Origin: Candidatus Latescibacterota bacterium
Lineage (GTDB): Bacteria > Latescibacterota > UBA2968 > UBA8231
Direction: 5' to 3'
DNA length: 64,000 bases
Assembly (NCBI GenBank): GCA_965223905.1
Contig: CBDCXV010000010.1
Location: forward strand, 544,001-608,000
Positions within the stretch are counted from its first letter, which is position 1; each line of letters begins with the position of its first letter. This document shows positions 59,802 through 64,000 of this stretch, piece after piece. The notes under the pieces are model-generated. The model was not told the DNA's origin. It worked only from the letters and a program-made list of their open reading frames with translations, and ran no database searches. The translations under genes and the position numbers were made by a program.

Positions 59802-62800
59802 CTACATCTGGGTGAGGTGGTTTCCGGTGCTGCCGGCGAGAAAGTCGATCACCAGCCAGGTTCCGGCCGCGGTCGCCTCCCCCAGAATCAGCCCGATGAA
59901 GAGGGGACGCGCCGCGAGAAACACCTGCATGCCGCCGTTCCTCATGATGACGAACTTGGCCAGCCAGCCGAGAAAGACGGCGAACCAGATCTGGCCGGTC
60001 AGCCATCCGTTGGCGATCACGAAGCCGACCGGGTACAGCGGCCACCAGAAGAAGCGCTGCTGCGCGTAGATCAGGCCGGCTTCGATGGCGGCGCCGAGGC
60101 CGGTGAACCCCCAGCCACGCAGATCCGGGCCGACCGGGTGCTGGATATGCCTCGCCATGTCGTTGAACAGGCGAATCGACTGACTCTGCATGAAGAAGGT
60201 TTGCAGATTGATGCCGCCGTACGTGTAACACAGGTGCAGTATGATCCAGGTCGCCGCCAGCAGGCTGACCACCAGGGCGATGCAGATCGCCCAGAACAGT
60301 CTCCCCTTGGGGCCGCGGACGGTCTCGGCGAGCTTGAGGTTCTGGGCGCACACCACCATCGGAAACAGGCGCATCTCCGAGTGCCACAGGTAGGTGAAGG
60401 TAAGCGCCACCAGGCCCTTGGTGCCGATGAAGGCGCTGCCGAGGCCGGAGATGACGACGAACGCCGAGATCATCGGCGAGCGCGCCGTGGCCACCCCCGC
60501 GGTCGCCACCACGCGGGTAACCAGGATGTAGAAGATCAGCGCCGAGACGAGAAACATCGGCAGCACGACCAGGGGGATCCCCGACTGCCAGAGCCAGGCG
60601 CCGAGGAACAGGAGGCTGGCTGCGAACCCGAGGACCGCGGTGCGGTAGGAGATCAGCTCTTCCGAGTCGTCGACCGCCCGGCGTCCGAAGGCGTTGGACA
60701 GCACCTGCATCAGGTGGCGCCTGGCGACCCACAGGCCCCAGGCGACGAAGACCCAGCAGGCCCCGGTCGCCTGGTGGGCGAAATCGGCGGAATGCAGGGA
60801 GTAGAAGCTCAGGGTCTCCGTCGGGGCGACTCCGAACTTGCCGAACAGCGCCTTCTGCAGCACCCCGAGAATCCAGAACACCCAGATGCTCATGGTCACG
60901 TCGAGATTGACGAGGTAGGAAATCCCGATCCAGGCGTAGTTGGTGTGGAACCTGAGGATGAAGGCCCCGTCCATCAGCGACAGCACGCCGAAGCCCGGAC
61001 TGAAGACGGGAACCGCCGGGTGGTAGTGATTCAGCCCGCGCAGGCCGAGCAGCAGGAACGGCACGAGAAATCCGATCCAGGCCCAGCGGTTCCTGAAGAA
61101 GGGACCGAGCGGTGCGAAGGCCCCCTGCGAGCGCTCTATCATGTGCAGCGGCACCTGCACCATCGGGTACTCGAGCCGCTCGTGAACCGACCACTGGCGG
61201 TGGAGGATCACGTTGAGGCAGATCATCATCAGGCTCAGGGCGAGGAAGAAGAGGTACCACCAGGTCAACGGCTCGGCCCATCCCTGCCAGGGAACCTGCG
61301 TCCCCGGGGGAAGGCCCTCGTGCAACAGCTCCGCGGCCTCGACGTCGAGGACCATCCACTTCGGGACGTCCGCCAGGTACATGTCCAACCATTTGTTTTC
61401 CGGGGTGGCGTAAATAGAAGAACCCGGCGATACAGGGGATGACGTAGCCGACGAAGGCCTGGTTGGGTACCGCCGCGGCCATGGTCAGCATGACGTAGAT
61501 CAGGATCAGGTCCGCCTTGCGGAGCTCCCACCTCCTCGCCACCAGACCCAGGATCACGTTGGCGATGACGACGACGATGAAGAAGTAGAAGATGGCGATC
61601 GGAACCGTGCTGTTGATCGCCATGCTGGACCCTTTGAGCATGAAGACGCAGTAGGGAGCCCCCACCCCGACCGCCATGGCGCCGGCGGCGCCGATGGCGA
61701 CGGCCCGCCACGAGAAGGGCGACCGGGGCTGTTCGCCGCTGCTTCCCCCGATCCGTTCCCCCGTGGTTGCGGCGGGGAGGGCCGGTTCCGCAGAGGCCGG
61801 ATCCTCCGGCATCCCGGCCGCGGCTTCCAGCAGCCGCTCAGCGGTGCGACGGTGCCCGCCGCGGGTTGCGGCGGGCAGGGTGTTCCAGATCAACAGCTGC
61901 CGGCGCAGCACGTTGAAGAACGGACCGTTGAGGCGGCGCCAGTTCAGCTGCTCGCCGCTGAGGCGCTCGATCTCGATGGCGATCCCGTACATCCCCGGTG
62001 CGCCCTCCGCTGGGGCCAGCTCGATGCCCACCTCCTCGCTGACTCCGAGGTCGTACGGCGCCAGCCACATGCGGAAGTCGATGCGGTACGACGCCCCGGC
62101 CGGGGTCTGCCGCCGCTGCAGGACGATTCCCTCGGTGTACATCCTGCCCCCGACTGCCCCGCCGTGGGCGGCGAAGAAGGAGTGCAGGAAGCCGCAGGTT
62201 GCCGCGGCCTCGGACTCGCTGACGTTGAAGGGAAACGGCAAGTCCCACCGATCCCCGTCCGGGTCCGGGGGGCGCCAGCGCCGGGCCGCTTCGGGAACGG
62301 CCACCCTGGCCGCCACCCGCGCCGGATAGAGCGTCGACAGCAGCACGATCGCCATCACCGAGAGGGCGGCGACCACGGCGGATAGAGAGGAGTAGTTGAG
62401 GGTGATGCCCGAGAGCATGTCGAGGGCGATCAGCACCTTGCCGAGCCCCTGTCCCAGGAGGTACCCCATGGTCACCCCGAGAATGGCGTACACCGTCGCC
62501 TCGGCGAGGAAGAGCACGGAGATGTGGATGGGAGCCAGGCCGACCGAGGAGTAGATGCCGATTTCGCGGAAGCGCTCGTACACGGCGCCGAGCATGGCGT
62601 TGAGGACGATCATCGCCGCGATCACCGCCGGTATCGCCAGGGCTCCCAGCCCCTGGACCGAGGTCAACCCGACGGAGCTGTAGCGGTACACGGAGATGCC
62701 GCCTTCGTCGTCGGGGATTCCGGCGTACATGAAGGCGGCGACGCGCAGCAGGTACTTCTCGATGAGCTCGACCGGCCGTGAATCTTCGCGGAAGCGCGCC

Positions 62801-64000
62801 GCCACCGAGTGCAGCGCCCCCCCGAAGTCCTGCTGCGTCCGGTTCGGGGTGATGAGGACGTTGGCGGCCGGCAGGTGCAGGGCCGCGGTCATCTCCACGA
62901 CCGCCTCCTCTTCCCCCTCCATCCCCTCCTCCAGCAGTTCGTCGAGGGGATCGAAGGCGGCTACGCGGGTGTCGATCGGGGTCAGGCTGCCGCCGTCGAG
63001 GTCGCGCACGTCGTCGAGAGCCGCGGCGGAAAAAATCCCGCGCACCACGAGGTCGCGGCCGAACACGCTGACGCGGACCGAGCCGACGTCCGCGGCGGAG
63101 ATGCCGAGTGCCTCCGCCATTTCGTCCGGCAGCAGGCAGGTCGCCTCGTCCCCCTCCTCGAAGAAGCTGCCGGCGACGAGGCCGCGGTCGACGCCGGTCA
63201 CCAGGCGCTCGCCGGGGGCGAGCCCGATCATCCCGAGGGCGCGGGCAATCTTCTTCCCGCGGCGCACCTCGACGTAGTTGACGCTCCCCTTGTTGCCGGA
63301 ATGCCAGTAGCGCGGCACCAGGACCGCGGCGGCGCCGAAGTGGGACCGGGCGTAGTCCCAGGCGGGGTAGCTCAGCATCCCCCAGTTGCGGTCGCGGATC
63401 AGCAGGCCCTCGCGCTCCCCTTCGAAGGGAGCCGGCAACCCCACGAAGCGGATACGATCCTCGAACGAGGTGAACGACAGCACCGAGAAGGTCAGCAGCG
63501 TCAGGGTGATCAGCGTCATCGCCGTGCGCAGCTTGCGGCGCCTCATGTTCGAAATGCCGAGCATGAAGGCGACGTACGCCGCCCCGAACCGCGATACGTC
63601 CGCCCTGTGCACCTGCGCCACCCGGGACCGGTATTCCGCCGCGGTCTTGTTGAAGCGGGCGCTTACCATCCACATCACCAGGATCGCCATGGCCATGATC
63701 GTAAACGCCAGCACGATCACCAGCGGATGGGCGAGGTCGAAGGCAGGATGCACCTGGGAGATGATCATCCAGATCAGCAGCACCAGCGTCGCCAGGCCGA
63801 GAAGCTGGCGGCGGATATCCGCGGCGGCGAAGAACAGACGCTCGCCGAAGAAGGCGGCGGGAACGACCAGCGCCAGGAAGAAGACCATTCCCTTGATCAC
63901 GTCGTTGAGGGTCTTGAGGATCTGGGGATAGACGCGCGCCTCGAGGCCCAGGGCCTCCCGCGCCCGGGCGACGTAGCGGTCCCAACGCAACTCCGCGGCA
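59802..64000 (-). CDS. FtsX-like ABC permease fused in frame to a DUF6785-like transporter; one +1 frameshift near 61415; 5' end outside window
   Basis: ISNMRRRKLRT and VYERFREIGIYSSVGL (FtsX); no stop before FSWRAVAIG; ttc-tat-t-tac-gcc-acc restores FFYYATPEN as in 44625-46544. Confidence 0.75.

Noticed and set aside
58054-63990. 1978-aa ORF as one giant protein
   Set aside because: After about 61415 the translation is low-complexity off-frame sequence; the real coding frames there are 59802-61388 and 58092-59795
1-64000. CRISPR array, tRNA/rRNA genes, integron attC array, retron/DGR reverse transcriptase
   Set aside because: No regularly spaced repeats, no RNA-gene signatures, and no integrase or RT motifs found on reading; a covariance search was not possible

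Overview
GC-rich bacterial window with two contrasting parts. Intact metabolic and transport genes include aldo-keto reductases, luciferase-like monooxygenases, three PhyH-type dioxygenases, two GH10-like TIM-barrel hydrolases, diaminopropionate ammonia-lyase, OSBS/NSAR plus an M20 hydrolase, TesA-YbbAP, two DUF6785-like transporters and a spermidine-synthase-like membrane fusion. This repertoire resembles sponge-associated Latescibacterota/Gemmatimonadota/Poribacteria genomes (inference only). Interleaved is a heavily eroded accessory mosaic: four defective IS91-family rolling-circle transposase copies plus a short ori-like remnant, an IS701-type element with TIRs and a 4-bp TSD, an intact AbiEi/AbiEii pair, four type II TA loci whose toxins are all broken while the antitoxins are open, two IS-disrupted PD-(D/E)XK nucleases and many deletion-fused gene fragments. 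The best candidate for a new system is a two-gene module seen three times. An exported partner protein (shared small N-terminal domain, variable C-terminus) sits directly upstream of a secreted Vps62/NPP1-like HEGDW-domain protein that continues into a beta-helix-like linker also found at the start of an FN3/Calx-beta/cadherin stalk fragment. This looks like a polymorphic cassette system with the variable part at the N-terminus. A second oddity is an integrase-free 883-bp porin cassette flanked by a 47-bp duplicated gene 3' end that differs only at synonymous sites. All family assignments are from motif recognition; no database search was run, and single-base indels could be sequencing errors.
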